Of a stretch of DNA of 64,000 nucleotides, positions 20,544 to 29,852 are shown piece by piece. Below the pieces are notes generated by a model that saw only the letters and a list, made by a program, of their open reading frames with translations, did not search any database and was not told the origin of the DNA. The stretch is taken from assembly GCA_964441745.1 (NCBI GenBank), contig CAYTYR010000003.1:35348-99347 (forward strand), in the 5' to 3' direction. Within the stretch, counting starts at the first letter, position 1. Each line of letters opens with the position of its first letter. The translations under genes were made by a program, and so were the position numbers. This DNA comes from an uncultured Clostridia bacterium (lineage in GTDB: Bacteria > CAYTYR01 > UBA6262).

Positions 20544-21275
20544 CTATTTAAACATCCGCAGATAATCTTTCTGTGTTTCCCTGACCATACGGGCAATAAG
20601 ATCAACAAAATCCCGATCGTTTCCGTCTCGCGCTGTTTCCAAAGAAGCGATATATTCCTGCCTGACAATGGGCGGGATTATGGTTATAACATAACCTTCC
20701 TGCATTAAAATAGTGTTCATCAGCAGCCGCGCCACTCTGCCGTTACCATCCAGGAAAGGATGAATAAAAACAAATTCTTTATGAGCCAATGCCGCGAACT
20801 CCACCGGGTGTTTTTGCCGGCGCAGTCTGCCTAATTTTGGCGGCAATCGTTTCATCAACACTGGTAATTCCGCCGGTAAGGGCAAGGGATACTTGGAACC
20901 TGTAATAATAGCTCTTACCTTCCGATACTCACCGGCATTTTCCCGATCTATTCGATAATAGAAAAGCCGGTGCAAATCTTTTATCCCGCGTTCGGTTACG
21001 GTTTTTTTCCTGGCCAGTTCATACATAAAGTCATAGGCTTCGCTATGCCCGGCTGCTTCGTAATGATCTCTTAATGGTTTACCGCCAATGGTAATACCGT
21101 CTTCAATAACCACCTTAGTCTCAGATTCTGTTAAGGAATTACCTTCAAGAGCGTTACTGGCATAGGTTAACCCTATGCGGAAATATTCTTTTGTTTGCTC
21201 TAACAAATGCTTATCCAAAGGCCGGCGCTTGTTTATCTCTGCCTGTAATTTATCTATTTCCTGATAAATAGTCAT
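20544..21275 (-). CDS. fic: Fic family protein
   Basis: 243 aa; canonical Fic motif HPFLDGNGRVARLL; AAGGAG SD 7 nt upstream; stop is 9 nt before the res ATG. Confidence 0.85.
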   Translation of the reverse strand: MTIYQEIDKLQAEINKRRPLDKHLLEQTKEYFRIGLTYASNALEGNSLTESETKVVIEDGITIGGKPLRDHYEAAGHSEAYDFMYELARKKTVTERGIKDLHRLFYYRIDRENAGEYRKVRAIITGSKYPLPLPAELPVLMKRLPPKLGRLRRQKHPVEFAALAHKEFVFIHPFLDGNGRVARLLMNTILMQEGYVITIIPPIVRQEYIASLETARDGNDRDFVDLIARMVRETQKDYLRMFK

Positions 21276-21288
21276 TACTTAGCTCCTT

Positions 21289-21336
21289 TCAAAGCTCTAT
21301 CTGATACTGCTGGTTTGGGTCAAAATGGAGTTTCAT
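21289..21336 (-). repeat. R2: duplicated copy of res 5' end forming a 15-codon mini-ORF (MKLHFDPNQQYQIEL)
   Basis: ATGAAACTCCATTTTGACCCAAACCAGCAGTATCAGATAG matches the real res start (20497-20535) with one mismatch by eye, then diverges into the Fic RBS. Confidence 0.7.
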
Positions 21337-21369
21337 TATTTATTTCTCCAACTATTTCCAATATTCTTA

Positions 21370-21398
21370 TTGACATCATGGCGCCAATGCTGTAATAT
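21370..21398 (+). promoter_or_regulatory. consensus-like sigma70 promoter (TTGACA-17 bp-TAATAT)
   Basis: TTGACA at 21370-21375, 17-bp spacer, TAATAT at 21393-21398, in a 400-bp noncoding gap and pointing antisense to the RM operon. Confidence 0.5.
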
Positions 21399-21404
21399 TA
21401 TATT

Positions 21405-21550
21405 AGGCAATAATGCTAATAATTTTGGATCGGGGTGTCCCCGGTCGGTATTAATGAGCGGTAAGTCCGTTGTGAATTGTTCCAAGTGTTCCCTTCCATA
21501 GGTTGGCTATAGCTTGGACGCAACAAGTTCACAGGGCGCGCTCATTTTTT
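21405..21550 (+). ncRNA. candidate structured small RNA of about 145 nt, antisense to the Type III RM operon
   Basis: downstream of the promoter; local hairpin GATCGGGG-TGT-CCCCGGTC (21427-21446); long-range pairing AATGAGCG (21452-21459) with CGCTCATT (21538-21545) followed by T-run 21545-21550; only coding potential is a 15-aa ORF without SD. Confidence 0.35.
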
Positions 21551-21672
21551 ATTTTATGGCAATTTTGCCTTCATTACCCTTCCCATCACATGACCATCAC
21601 ATAAGATTTGCTTTATTTATCAACACATTTTGCCATTTAACAAATTCACACAAACTTACAATCACATAAACC

Positions 21673-23130
21673 TTAAGACCATATTGGTATATACTTAGCA
21701 TACTTTCTCGATTTATTCTCTGGATCAAAATCTTTAATTAATCTTGCTTTGATGGTATCAGCTATTATTCTTGAAACTATTGAGTAATTCTTTTCATCTA
21801 TTTTAAATCTTTCTCTTAGAGACTGATTGGTCATGTTACTATTTGAGACATATTTTAAGCAACAATGTTGATAACATGCTCTTATTTTATCATCTTTATC
21901 CATCTGCTTTAGAGTTTTATAAGAATACATAATAACCTTCAGAAAATTATCTCCCTCAATGAATTTCGGCGCAGGTAATTGATACTCCTCTACTTTATCA
22001 ATAACTTTATCAATACCGCTCCCTCTTTCTTCACAAATACCTGCCCTCCGCATAAAAGAAGCAACTTTCTCATTTCTTGACTGAGGATGATGGTCAATAA
22101 ACCTTAAAGTGCTAATTAACGGCTTTCCCGGATTAGTAATTTCAATTCTATCGTTAAATATTTCAATCATAGGCCCAGTGCCAATTTCATTAAAATCCTG
22201 ATGGATTAATGCATTGGCTACTAATTCTCTTATTGCTATTTCAGGATACATTTTTACTTCTTTTCTAAATGCTCTTCCTATTTCTTCATTTGCTTGCAAG
22301 TTATCATTAATATAATCAATTAATCCCTCAAATCCATTGGCATATCCTTTAGCCCCAATTTGTTCTTTTTTTGTATGTAATCTGTCATTACCCTTATATA
22401 TAATAACCCTGATTGCCTTCCTATTTAATCTTTCAAAATACGAAAGATTATTGGCTATCAAAATAGTGCCCAAATTAGTAATACTATGGCTATTTATTTC
22501 TTTAAGAATAAATCTTTCTCCTTCTAAATGTTTTAAAATAGCACTTTTATCAGCGGGTAAATTCGACTTCAATATCCTAAAATAACCTGGATAATCTAAT
22601 AATTCAAGTATTTTATCTTCATCCAATTCTTTCGCGGCTATGTCTTTTTCAAAACTATACGCTAGTGTTTTATTCCATATTTTTCTCGCTTTTTCTGGCA
22701 AGTCCTTTAATTTCTTTTTATAACTGCCAACTCTAATATACTCTGCCCCTTTAAAACCTACTGGCGTATTATGAGTAGCATTGATTTCAAACATTACAAC
22801 AGGAACCCCTTCATACTCAAATTCATTAATTCTGAAATCAATTCTCGGACTTAGCAATCTAATTAACCAATTTTCTAATTCCTCATTACCGTTTTTTGTT
22901 TGGCTAGGCTTAAAATCTGTACCAACTACTTTATGGGTCTGATCTTCAATGCCAAAAACAAAATATCCATAGCTTCTATTATGTAAGCAAGCTGAATTAG
23001 ATAAAGCAGATATATACTCCCCAATTTCATCAAGTGAGCAACTTAAATTTTGCTTGAATTCCACCCACTCTGTTTCCTTTGGCAGCATTATAAGTTCTTT
23101 TAATTTATTCTTAAGATCATCTGTGTTCAT
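21673..23130 (-). CDS. AlbA_2 (Schlafen-like) plus HATPase_c_4 domain protein, putative nucleic-acid-binding ATPase/regulator
   Basis: 485 aa; N-terminal ETEWVEFKQ...FVFGIEDQTHKVVG resembles AlbA_2; C-terminal ALIHQDF...IEIFNDRIEITNPG resembles HATPase_c_4; start overlaps R1 mini-ORF stop (ATGA). Confidence 0.65.
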   Translation of the reverse strand: MNTDDLKNKLKELIMLPKETEWVEFKQNLSCSLDEIGEYISALSNSACLHNRSYGYFVFGIEDQTHKVVGTDFKPSQTKNGNEELENWLIRLLSPRIDFRINEFEYEGVPVVMFEINATHNTPVGFKGAEYIRVGSYKKKLKDLPEKARKIWNKTLAYSFEKDIAAKELDEDKILELLDYPGYFRILKSNLPADKSAILKHLEGERFILKEINSHSITNLGTILIANNLSYFERLNRKAIRVIIYKGNDRLHTKKEQIGAKGYANGFEGLIDYINDNLQANEEIGRAFRKEVKMYPEIAIRELVANALIHQDFNEIGTGPMIEIFNDRIEITNPGKPLISTLRFIDHHPQSRNEKVASFMRRAGICEERGSGIDKVIDKVEEYQLPAPKFIEGDNFLKVIMYSYKTLKQMDKDDKIRACYQHCCLKYVSNSNMTNQSLRERFKIDEKNYSIVSRIIADTIKARLIKDFDPENKSRKYAKYIPIWS

Positions 23131-23180
23131 TTTATTTCCTTTGATAGATATCGCTGGTTCGGATCAAAATGGAGCTTCAT
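23127..23180 (-). repeat. R1: diverged copy of res 5' end forming a 17-codon mini-ORF (MKLHFDPNQRYLSKEIK)
   Basis: ATGAAGCTCCATTTTGATCCGAACCAGCGATATCTATC resembles res start; its TGA overlaps the ATG of the 485-aa ORF. Confidence 0.65.
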
Positions 23181-23200
23181 GAAGCAGCCATATATTTTCC

Positions 23201-25084
23201 TTATATGGTTCTGAATTCTATTCCTGCGTCTTTCATTTGCAGGACGGTATTTGTTTTAAGCTTGTCATTGCCGGCAAATAAGGAATCCAGGCACAGGCAT
23301 TTGGCAGGCTTTTGTTTGACTATTTCCTTGATCAGCTTGCTGTTTACCTCAGATAGAATAACAACCATTTCGCCGTTATTTACCGTATAAATCGGCGCAC
23401 CGTCTATTTTTTCTTCTTTCGCGACCGTATTCAGGCCGTAACCGGTTTTCAGAAGTATTTCCCATAGCATATTGGTTTGTTTTGCCTTAGGTTTAACCGG
23501 ATACTCAAAAGCATCCATCTGCTTCTTAAGTTCAGCTTCCTCTGTTATGACATCATTTCGCCAAATCTTAAAATTGGATAGCTTCAGCTTATATACTTTG
23601 AATCCCAGGTCTATTTCTTTAGGCCGCTCTTCCTTGCCTATCTGTTTAATTGCTCTGCGAATTCTTTCTTTGGCGATATCTGCTATGGTTTTATACCCGG
23701 CCTTATAAGCTTCTGTTTCTGCTTCAGTTTTTTCCGGAAGCTGGACGCAGATAAACTTTCTATTCCCCCCATCTTCCTTGTTTAAATCTAAAACAGCATG
23801 AGCAATAGTTCCGGACCCAGCAAAAAAATCAAGAATAATATCATCAGATTCAATACCGGTTATTAATTCTATTAGTTTTTTCATTAATCTTACAGGTTTA
23901 GGTGTATCAAAATACGATTCACCATTAAAAATTTCTTTAATCTCTCGTTTTGACTCCTGATTATCTCCAACTATATCTCTTGTCCATAGAGTTATGGGAG
24001 TAACTGAAGTTTTTACCTCTGATAAAAATCTTTTTTGTCTCGGAATATTGTCTCCATACTCTCCAAACCATATACGATTATCTTTTAGAAGCTCACTAAA
24101 TTTTCTCTCACTAACAACCCAACATCTTCCTTTTGTCGGAAAAACTTTCCTTCCGCTTGGTAAAATTATGGGATATAGTTTTTCCTTGATTTCTGGCCCC
24201 ACCGTTAAATCACCTGATGACCAAGGGCCTCTTAAATCATTATCAGGATTATGATATCTTGAATTAGTTTCTTCTGTTCTTTTTAACCCCAGCACACCTA
24301 GTTTTTCTACATTTTTTGCATAAACTAAAATATAATCATGACTCGTTGAAAATGTGGTTTTTAAATTAATGGGCGAAAATGCTTTCTCCCAAATTATACT
24401 TGCCACAAAATTCTCTTCTCCGAATATCTCATTCATTAACAGCCTGAGATTATGGACTTCATTGTCATCTATGGAAACAAAAATAACTCCGTCTTCACAG
24501 AGCAGATTTCTGGCGAGGAACAGTCTTGGATACATCATGGAAAGCCAATTGGAATGGAAATGGCCATTTTCTTTGTTATTTTTTCTAAATAGCCCTTCCT
24601 TCAACAGATAGCCTTCTTCGTCCTTTTCCCCTATTCTTTTCAGATAGTCTTCTTTGGACTCGGAAAACCGGTCAGGATAGATAAAATTGTCATTGCCGGT
24701 ATTGTAGGGCGGATCGATATAGATCATCTTGATCTTGCCATAGTAGGCTTTCTGCAGGACTTTCAAGACTTCGAGGTTTTCCCCTTCAATGAATACATTG
24801 CCTGTTTTATCAAAATTGACGGATTCTTCAGGGCAAGGAGCCAATGTAGCAGTTGTAGGAGTTTGCAGGACCTTAAAAGCTTCGGACTTACCGGCCCAAT
24901 TAAGGACATATCGCTCATTCTCCAGGGATAGCTCTTCACCTAAAGTAAGCTTGAGCTTCTCCTGATCTATTTTCCCTTCGCTGAATACCTCTGGAAAAAG
25001 TTCTTTTAGTTTCTTTACTTTATCCTTTTTCACATCTACCGATTTTCCATCCATTCCTGTCTCCTCTATTACAAACTTATTCAA
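23201..25084 (-). CDS. mod: Type III R-M Mod subunit, N6-adenine DNA methyltransferase
   Basis: 627 aa; DPPY motif in MIYIDPPYNTG; AdoMet-binding DFFAGSGT; overlaps upstream Fic gene by 8 nt. Confidence 0.9.
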   Translation of the reverse strand: MNKFVIEETGMDGKSVDVKKDKVKKLKELFPEVFSEGKIDQEKLKLTLGEELSLENERYVLNWAGKSEAFKVLQTPTTATLAPCPEESVNFDKTGNVFIEGENLEVLKVLQKAYYGKIKMIYIDPPYNTGNDNFIYPDRFSESKEDYLKRIGEKDEEGYLLKEGLFRKNNKENGHFHSNWLSMMYPRLFLARNLLCEDGVIFVSIDDNEVHNLRLLMNEIFGEENFVASIIWEKAFSPINLKTTFSTSHDYILVYAKNVEKLGVLGLKRTEETNSRYHNPDNDLRGPWSSGDLTVGPEIKEKLYPIILPSGRKVFPTKGRCWVVSERKFSELLKDNRIWFGEYGDNIPRQKRFLSEVKTSVTPITLWTRDIVGDNQESKREIKEIFNGESYFDTPKPVRLMKKLIELITGIESDDIILDFFAGSGTIAHAVLDLNKEDGGNRKFICVQLPEKTEAETEAYKAGYKTIADIAKERIRRAIKQIGKEERPKEIDLGFKVYKLKLSNFKIWRNDVITEEAELKKQMDAFEYPVKPKAKQTNMLWEILLKTGYGLNTVAKEEKIDGAPIYTVNNGEMVVILSEVNSKLIKEIVKQKPAKCLCLDSLFAGNDKLKTNTVLQMKDAGIEFRTI

Positions 25085-26198
25085 AAAGTTTCACATAACC
25101 TTGATAAGCATATACTCGGTTTCTCCTTTGCCCCGTTAATTCTTTTAAAATATCTAATTTAAGCAGTTTTTTAGTCAAGACAATAGCATTGGGATTGGCT
25201 AATCCTGTTATTTGTTCAATATCTTTTATTCTTACCAAGGGCTTTTTATATAATGCGTTAAGCAAAACCATAGCTTTTTCTGAGCGGCCCATGCTTACCA
25301 CTTTCTCTATATCCCTCTGCCTCAGCTTATGGATTTTTCTGGCAGTTTCTACCGCTCTCTCGGCAGTGTCGATTACTCCTGATAGGAAAAATATAAGCCA
25401 TCCTTCAAGATCATCTTTCTCCCGAGCGGTATCAAGCTTATCATAGTAATCTTGCCTGAAACGCTTAAAAAACTCTGATATACACAAAAGTGGTTTATGG
25501 AGAATCTTCTGCTGGCATAAATAAAAAGTAATGAGCAATCTCCCAATTCTGCCGTTTCCATCCAGAAAAGGATGTATCGTTTCAAACTGGTAATGTATTA
25601 ATCCAATTTTAATAAGTACTGGCAAAGGCGCCACATCATGTATAAAACTCTCTAAATTTCCCATTAAGGCTAATACTTCATGCGCTGGGGGTGGAACAAA
25701 AGAGGCGTTTTGCAAAGTCACTCCCCCTATCCAATTCTGGGAGGTTCGAAATTCACCCGGATATTTTCCTTCTCCTCTGACTCCTTTTAGGAGAATGGCA
25801 TGTATTTCTTTAATGAGCCGCAAGGAAAGAGGAAGTGTTTCAAGGCGTTCCAGCCCGTAATCCATAGCTTTTATATAATTCAATATTTCTTCAACATCTT
25901 TATGTATTTCAAAATCTTCCAATTTTGCTTCTGCTTTGAGAACATCAGAAAAAGTAGCTTTGGTGCCTTCTATTTGACTGGAAAGAGCCGCCTCCTTCTT
26001 TATATACATAAAAATAAAGAAATTAACATCTGGCAATACATCAGCAATCCCATCCAATCGACCTAAAGCCAGATCCGCTTTCGAAAGAAGATCCTGCAAT
26101 AAATAATCTTGCTTAATATTAAAAGGCAAGCGGTTAGGTATAAAAGCCTTATATTGCAAATCTCCTTTTAACTGATTAACATAATTCCCTGTTCTCAT
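25077..26198 (-). CDS. fic: Fic family protein with C-terminal winged-helix-like domain
   Basis: 373 aa; Fic motif HPFLDGNGRIGRLL; first gene of the RM operon. Confidence 0.85.
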   Translation of the reverse strand: MRTGNYVNQLKGDLQYKAFIPNRLPFNIKQDYLLQDLLSKADLALGRLDGIADVLPDVNFFIFMYIKKEAALSSQIEGTKATFSDVLKAEAKLEDFEIHKDVEEILNYIKAMDYGLERLETLPLSLRLIKEIHAILLKGVRGEGKYPGEFRTSQNWIGGVTLQNASFVPPPAHEVLALMGNLESFIHDVAPLPVLIKIGLIHYQFETIHPFLDGNGRIGRLLITFYLCQQKILHKPLLCISEFFKRFRQDYYDKLDTAREKDDLEGWLIFFLSGVIDTAERAVETARKIHKLRQRDIEKVVSMGRSEKAMVLLNALYKKPLVRIKDIEQITGLANPNAIVLTKKLLKLDILKELTGQRRNRVYAYQGYVKLFE

Positions 26199-26204
26199 AA
26201 CACC

Positions 26205-26335
26205 TCAACCGTAGATAAGATTTTTAATAACTACGATATCATTATAATTCGTAGATAGTAATTTGTCAAGTTTTTTTAATCGTAGATTAGACTAAAATTA
26301 TCTATGATAATTATTAATATCATAGATTATAGCTA
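26205..26335 (-). promoter_or_regulatory. promoter/operator region of the Fic-mod operon with iterated YRTAGATW repeats
   Basis: at least six copies in both orientations (CGTAGATAAG, CTACGATATC, CGTAGATAGT, CGTAGATTAG, TATCTATGATA, CATAGATTAT) within about 130 bp. Confidence 0.45.
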
Positions 26336-26388
26336 AGTATTATCATATATTGGCATGTAAGTTAGTAGGTAGTGAAGCAAGGGGAAAA

Positions 26389-27066
26389 TTACTTGTTTTT
26401 GCCTTTACAGGCTTTTACGCAGATACCGCAGATGGCTTGTGATACATACTTTTGTTTTTGGAATTCTTTTAAAGCCGCGCAGCAGGCCTGATGGTCGAAA
26501 TCCTGCGATTTTTCCCTGATCGCTTTGGCGGGACACACCGCGATACAGGCGCGGCAGTCAGCGCAATCAGCAGCCAATGCTTTGTCCACAGCTAACGGCA
26601 TATCGGTTAAGATAGTCACCAGCCTTAACTGGGCGCCATAAGATAATGTGACCAGCAGATTATTGCGGCCGATCCAGCCTAATCCTCCCGCCACCGCAAT
26701 TTTTTTATGAGACAAGTGCCCTTTCTGATTTTGCCAGTCGATTACTTGCGAAGCCGGTATAGGCATGGCTTTGTATCCCTGCTCCTGGATCAAAGCCGCC
26801 AGTTTCAGCGCTGATTGGTCCAGGAAATTATTGACCTGCCGGTAATGGTTAAAATAAAGCGGGGTGGGACGGTCACTGATCTCTGCCAAAACCTGGCTCT
26901 GCAAGGGGAAGCCCAGGGTAATGCCATAATTTAAGTCTTTAATCACTTCCGGCGGAAAAAGAAACTCTGCCTTCAGGGTACCAATATCAGCTACGCCGAA
27001 GAGACGAAAACCAAGGCCCAGGGCCTGGTCTTTGAGCTGGTCATATTGTTCTTTTGGCTGCCCCAT
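26389..27066 (-). CDS. 4Fe-4S protein, epoxyqueuosine reductase (QueG)-like, short form
   Basis: 225 aa; GGLGWIGRNNLL and CADCRACIAVCP motifs recall QueG; shorter than canonical QueG. Confidence 0.5.
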   Translation of the reverse strand: MGQPKEQYDQLKDQALGLGFRLFGVADIGTLKAEFLFPPEVIKDLNYGITLGFPLQSQVLAEISDRPTPLYFNHYRQVNNFLDQSALKLAALIQEQGYKAMPIPASQVIDWQNQKGHLSHKKIAVAGGLGWIGRNNLLVTLSYGAQLRLVTILTDMPLAVDKALAADCADCRACIAVCPAKAIREKSQDFDHQACCAALKEFQKQKYVSQAICGICVKACKGKNK

Positions 27067-27529
27067 GATTCAACTCCGTTTCAAAATATTTTTTTAAAGC
27101 CGCCAGTAATCGTAGTTCCTTTTCTTTCTTTATTTTTTCCCAGGAACTCTGCGGCGCTATTTCCTTACCGTTATTATTATAGAAACTGCCTTCGATCACT
27201 ACTTTTGTGCCTTTTTCCAGGCCCATGAAAATCAGGGTATAATGTAACCCGTAAACATTATATCCAGAAGCATCATTATCACCACCGGAAATTTCCATAA
27301 TACCTTTATCACTATCCAGATTGATCAGGCGGTAATCATATTTATTAGTGAATCGCATCACTGCCCGCCAGCTCTCTTCTACGGACAAGCTGGTAATGTA
27401 CTCAACAGCCTCTTGATCCTGAAAAACGGCTGGTACCTTTCCCGTAGCGCAGCCCGCGGCCAGGACCAGCATGAGAATAATAAAATGGAGAGTTACCAGT
27501 TTCAAGTTACGAGTTTTATGATTTGGCAT
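27041..27529 (-). CDS. hypothetical lipoprotein
   Basis: 162 aa; signal peptide with lipobox LAAGC. Confidence 0.5.
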   Translation of the reverse strand: MPNHKTRNLKLVTLHFIILMLVLAAGCATGKVPAVFQDQEAVEYITSLSVEESWRAVMRFTNKYDYRLINLDSDKGIMEISGGDNDASGYNVYGLHYTLIFMGLEKGTKVVIEGSFYNNNGKEIAPQSSWEKIKKEKELRLLAALKKYFETELNHGAAKRTI

Positions 27530-29381
27530 TTTTATTCCGGTGTAAGTATATCATCAAGATCGAAATGGCGGCTGGAGTGATACCCGATATGCGCGCGGCC
27601 TGACCGACCGAAGCCGGCCGGAAAGAACTCAACTTTTCCCGTACTTCCCGGGATAAAGCTAAAATGGCCTGGTAGTTAAAATCTGCCGGGATCTTCAGCC
27701 TTTCGACTTTCTTGAATTTTTCTATTTCCCGGGCTTGCCGTTCCATGAATCCGGCATACTTGATCTCTATTTCGATTTCCTGGATCTCCGCCTCGCTTAA
27801 AGCCTGTCCAGAGGGAGACAATTCAGCTATCTGTTTATATGATAGTTCATTTCGTTTTAGCAATAAAGATAATTTAGCCGGATTTTTTATCGCCGGGCTG
27901 TGCCAGAGCGCCAAGCTGTGGTTAGCTTTAGCCGGGGCGATCCTGGTTTTATTCAGCCGTTGTAATTCTGCCGTAATATGCTCTTTCTTGATTAAAAAAA
28001 GCTGGTGTTCTTTCTCACCCACTAATCCCAGCTGGTGGCCAAACTCCCGTAAACGCAGGTCCACATTGTCTTCGCGCAGGACCAACCGGTATTCGGCGCG
28101 GGAGGTGAACATCCGATACGGTTCCGCAGTCCCCTTGGTCACCAGGTCATCAATCAGCACACCGATATAGGCCTGGCTGCGGTCCAGGATAAACGGCGGC
28201 CGGCCTTGCACTTTTAAAGCGGCATTGATACCAGCCATCAAACCCTGCGCGGCGGCTTCTTCATAACCAGTAGTGGCATTGATCTGGCCGGCCAAATACA
28301 GGCCAGGCACTTTTTTCGTTTCCAGGGTTAGCTGTAATTCGGTCGGGTCCACATAATCATATTCTATGCCATATCCCGGATGCAGGATCTTTACTTCCTC
28401 TAATCCAGGGATCGTATGCAAAAATTTTTCCTGCACATCCACCGGCAAACTGGTAGAAACGCCATTGGGATAATATTCATCCGTATCCAGCCCTTCAGGT
28501 TCCAGAAAAATCTGGTGTCTTTCTTTATCCGGAAAACGCTTCAGCTTATCTTCTATAGACGGGCAGTAACGGACTCCGGTTCCCTTGATCACACCGGTAT
28601 AGAGTGGAGACCGGTCAAGATTAGCCAGGATTATTTTGTGGGTTTCCTCATTAGTGTAGGTTAAATAGCACGGGACTTGTGGCAAGAGCGGTTTTTTGGT
28701 AGACAGGGAAAACGGTCGTGGCGGGTCATCGCCAGGCTGTATTTTAGTCTTGGAAAAATCTATGGTTTTTTTATCCAGCCGCGCGCAGGTACCGGTTTTC
28801 AAGCGGCCGGTCTGCAAACCCAGCTGGCGTAAAGATTCAGTCAAGCCAAGGGCTGGCTGTTCATTGATCCTGCCGCCAGGAAAATGTTCCAAACCTATAT
28901 GGATAAGTCCGTTTAAGAAAGTGCCCGGGGTCAGGATCACTGTTTTACTGGTGATAGTTTCTCCCTGGCCAGTCTTGAGGCCGCTGACCTGGCCATTTTC
29001 AGTCAATACTTCCGCTGCTGCCCCCGGCTTGACTTCCAGGTTCGCCTGCCGCTGTACAGCTTCTTTCATATATGTATTATAGCGGTATTTGTCAACCTGG
29101 GCTCGCGTCGACCATACGGCCGGGCCTTTAGAACGGTTCAACACCCGGAACTGGATCCCGCAGGCATCAGTGGCTTTGCCCATTTCGCCGCCAAGAGCAT
29201 CCACTTCTTTGACCAGCTGTCCCTTAGCCAGGCCGCCAACCGCCGGATTACAGCTCATGACTCCTATTTTTTCTGTGTCCATAGTGAGCAAAAGCGTCCG
29301 GCAGCCCATCCGGCTGGCTGCCAGCGCTGCCTCGATCCCGGCATGCCCGGCACCAACTACTATTACATCATAATTTTTCAT
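27516..29381 (-). CDS. mnmG: tRNA uridine 5-carboxymethylaminomethyl modification enzyme MnmG (GidA)
   Basis: 621 aa; FAD-binding [16 protein letters not shown] and conserved MnmG segments throughout. Confidence 0.9.
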   Translation of the reverse strand: MKNYDVIVVGAGHAGIEAALAASRMGCRTLLLTMDTEKIGVMSCNPAVGGLAKGQLVKEVDALGGEMGKATDACGIQFRVLNRSKGPAVWSTRAQVDKYRYNTYMKEAVQRQANLEVKPGAAAEVLTENGQVSGLKTGQGETITSKTVILTPGTFLNGLIHIGLEHFPGGRINEQPALGLTESLRQLGLQTGRLKTGTCARLDKKTIDFSKTKIQPGDDPPRPFSLSTKKPLLPQVPCYLTYTNEETHKIILANLDRSPLYTGVIKGTGVRYCPSIEDKLKRFPDKERHQIFLEPEGLDTDEYYPNGVSTSLPVDVQEKFLHTIPGLEEVKILHPGYGIEYDYVDPTELQLTLETKKVPGLYLAGQINATTGYEEAAAQGLMAGINAALKVQGRPPFILDRSQAYIGVLIDDLVTKGTAEPYRMFTSRAEYRLVLREDNVDLRLREFGHQLGLVGEKEHQLFLIKKEHITAELQRLNKTRIAPAKANHSLALWHSPAIKNPAKLSLLLKRNELSYKQIAELSPSGQALSEAEIQEIEIEIKYAGFMERQAREIEKFKKVERLKIPADFNYQAILALSREVREKLSSFRPASVGQAARISGITPAAISILMIYLHRNKNAKS

Positions 29382-29436
29382 AAAAAGCTTAACTCCTGAG
29401 TTAAAAGAAAAAATGCACTTTCAAAACGCAAAATAT

Positions 29437-29757
29437 TTATTTAAATCGCTTTAATTTCTCTAAAATGCCAGGGCTAATTTCAGCCTTTGAAATAAGGCCA
29501 TCGGCGATGGCCGGCGCGACAATCATATCAGTATACCCGTTTGTATAGAAACTCCATAAATCGCGTGCGATCCCGTTATGAAATTTATGAATAAAATCAC
29601 TAAGCTCAAACGCGGTTATCTTGTTTTCCTTCCATTGCTTAAATTTATCTTCAAGCGATTTCAAGGCCTTGGACAGATCGCGCTCATAAGCTAATCCGGC
29701 AAGTCTGCGCAATTCTTTTCTTTCAGATTTTGTGAAGCAGTCTTTATTCACAGTCAT
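29437..29757 (-). CDS. hypothetical protein, last gene of the SNF2-SWIM operon
   Basis: 106-aa ORF co-directional and closely spaced with SWIM gene; no family recognised. Confidence 0.4.
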   Translation of the reverse strand: MTVNKDCFTKSERKELRRLAGLAYERDLSKALKSLEDKFKQWKENKITAFELSDFIHKFHNGIARDLWSFYTNGYTDMIVAPAIADGLISKAEISPGILEKLKRFK

Positions 29758-29852
29758 TTCGCCGCCTCGCTCTATAACCTTACCATCCCGCTTTCAAGCT
29801 TTCCAACGCTATTTTTTTATCAGTAATTAATTTTAAAATAAAAATACTCTTT

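Noticed and set aside
21454-21501. 15-codon ORF (MSGKSVVNCSKCSLP) inside the candidate small RNA
   Set aside because: No Shine-Dalgarno sequence and it sits within predicted pairing; kept only as a caveat to the ncRNA call.
21400-21550. Possible tRNA or tmRNA in the noncoding gap
   Set aside because: No cloverleaf-compatible arrangement, no T-loop consensus, no CCA-adjacent acceptor stem seen by eye.
20497-23180. Possibility that the repeated res-start sequences are a CRISPR-like array
   Set aside because: Only three copies, spaced by whole genes (0.8 and 1.8 kb), with one copy being the real gene start; no regular repeat-spacer periodicity.
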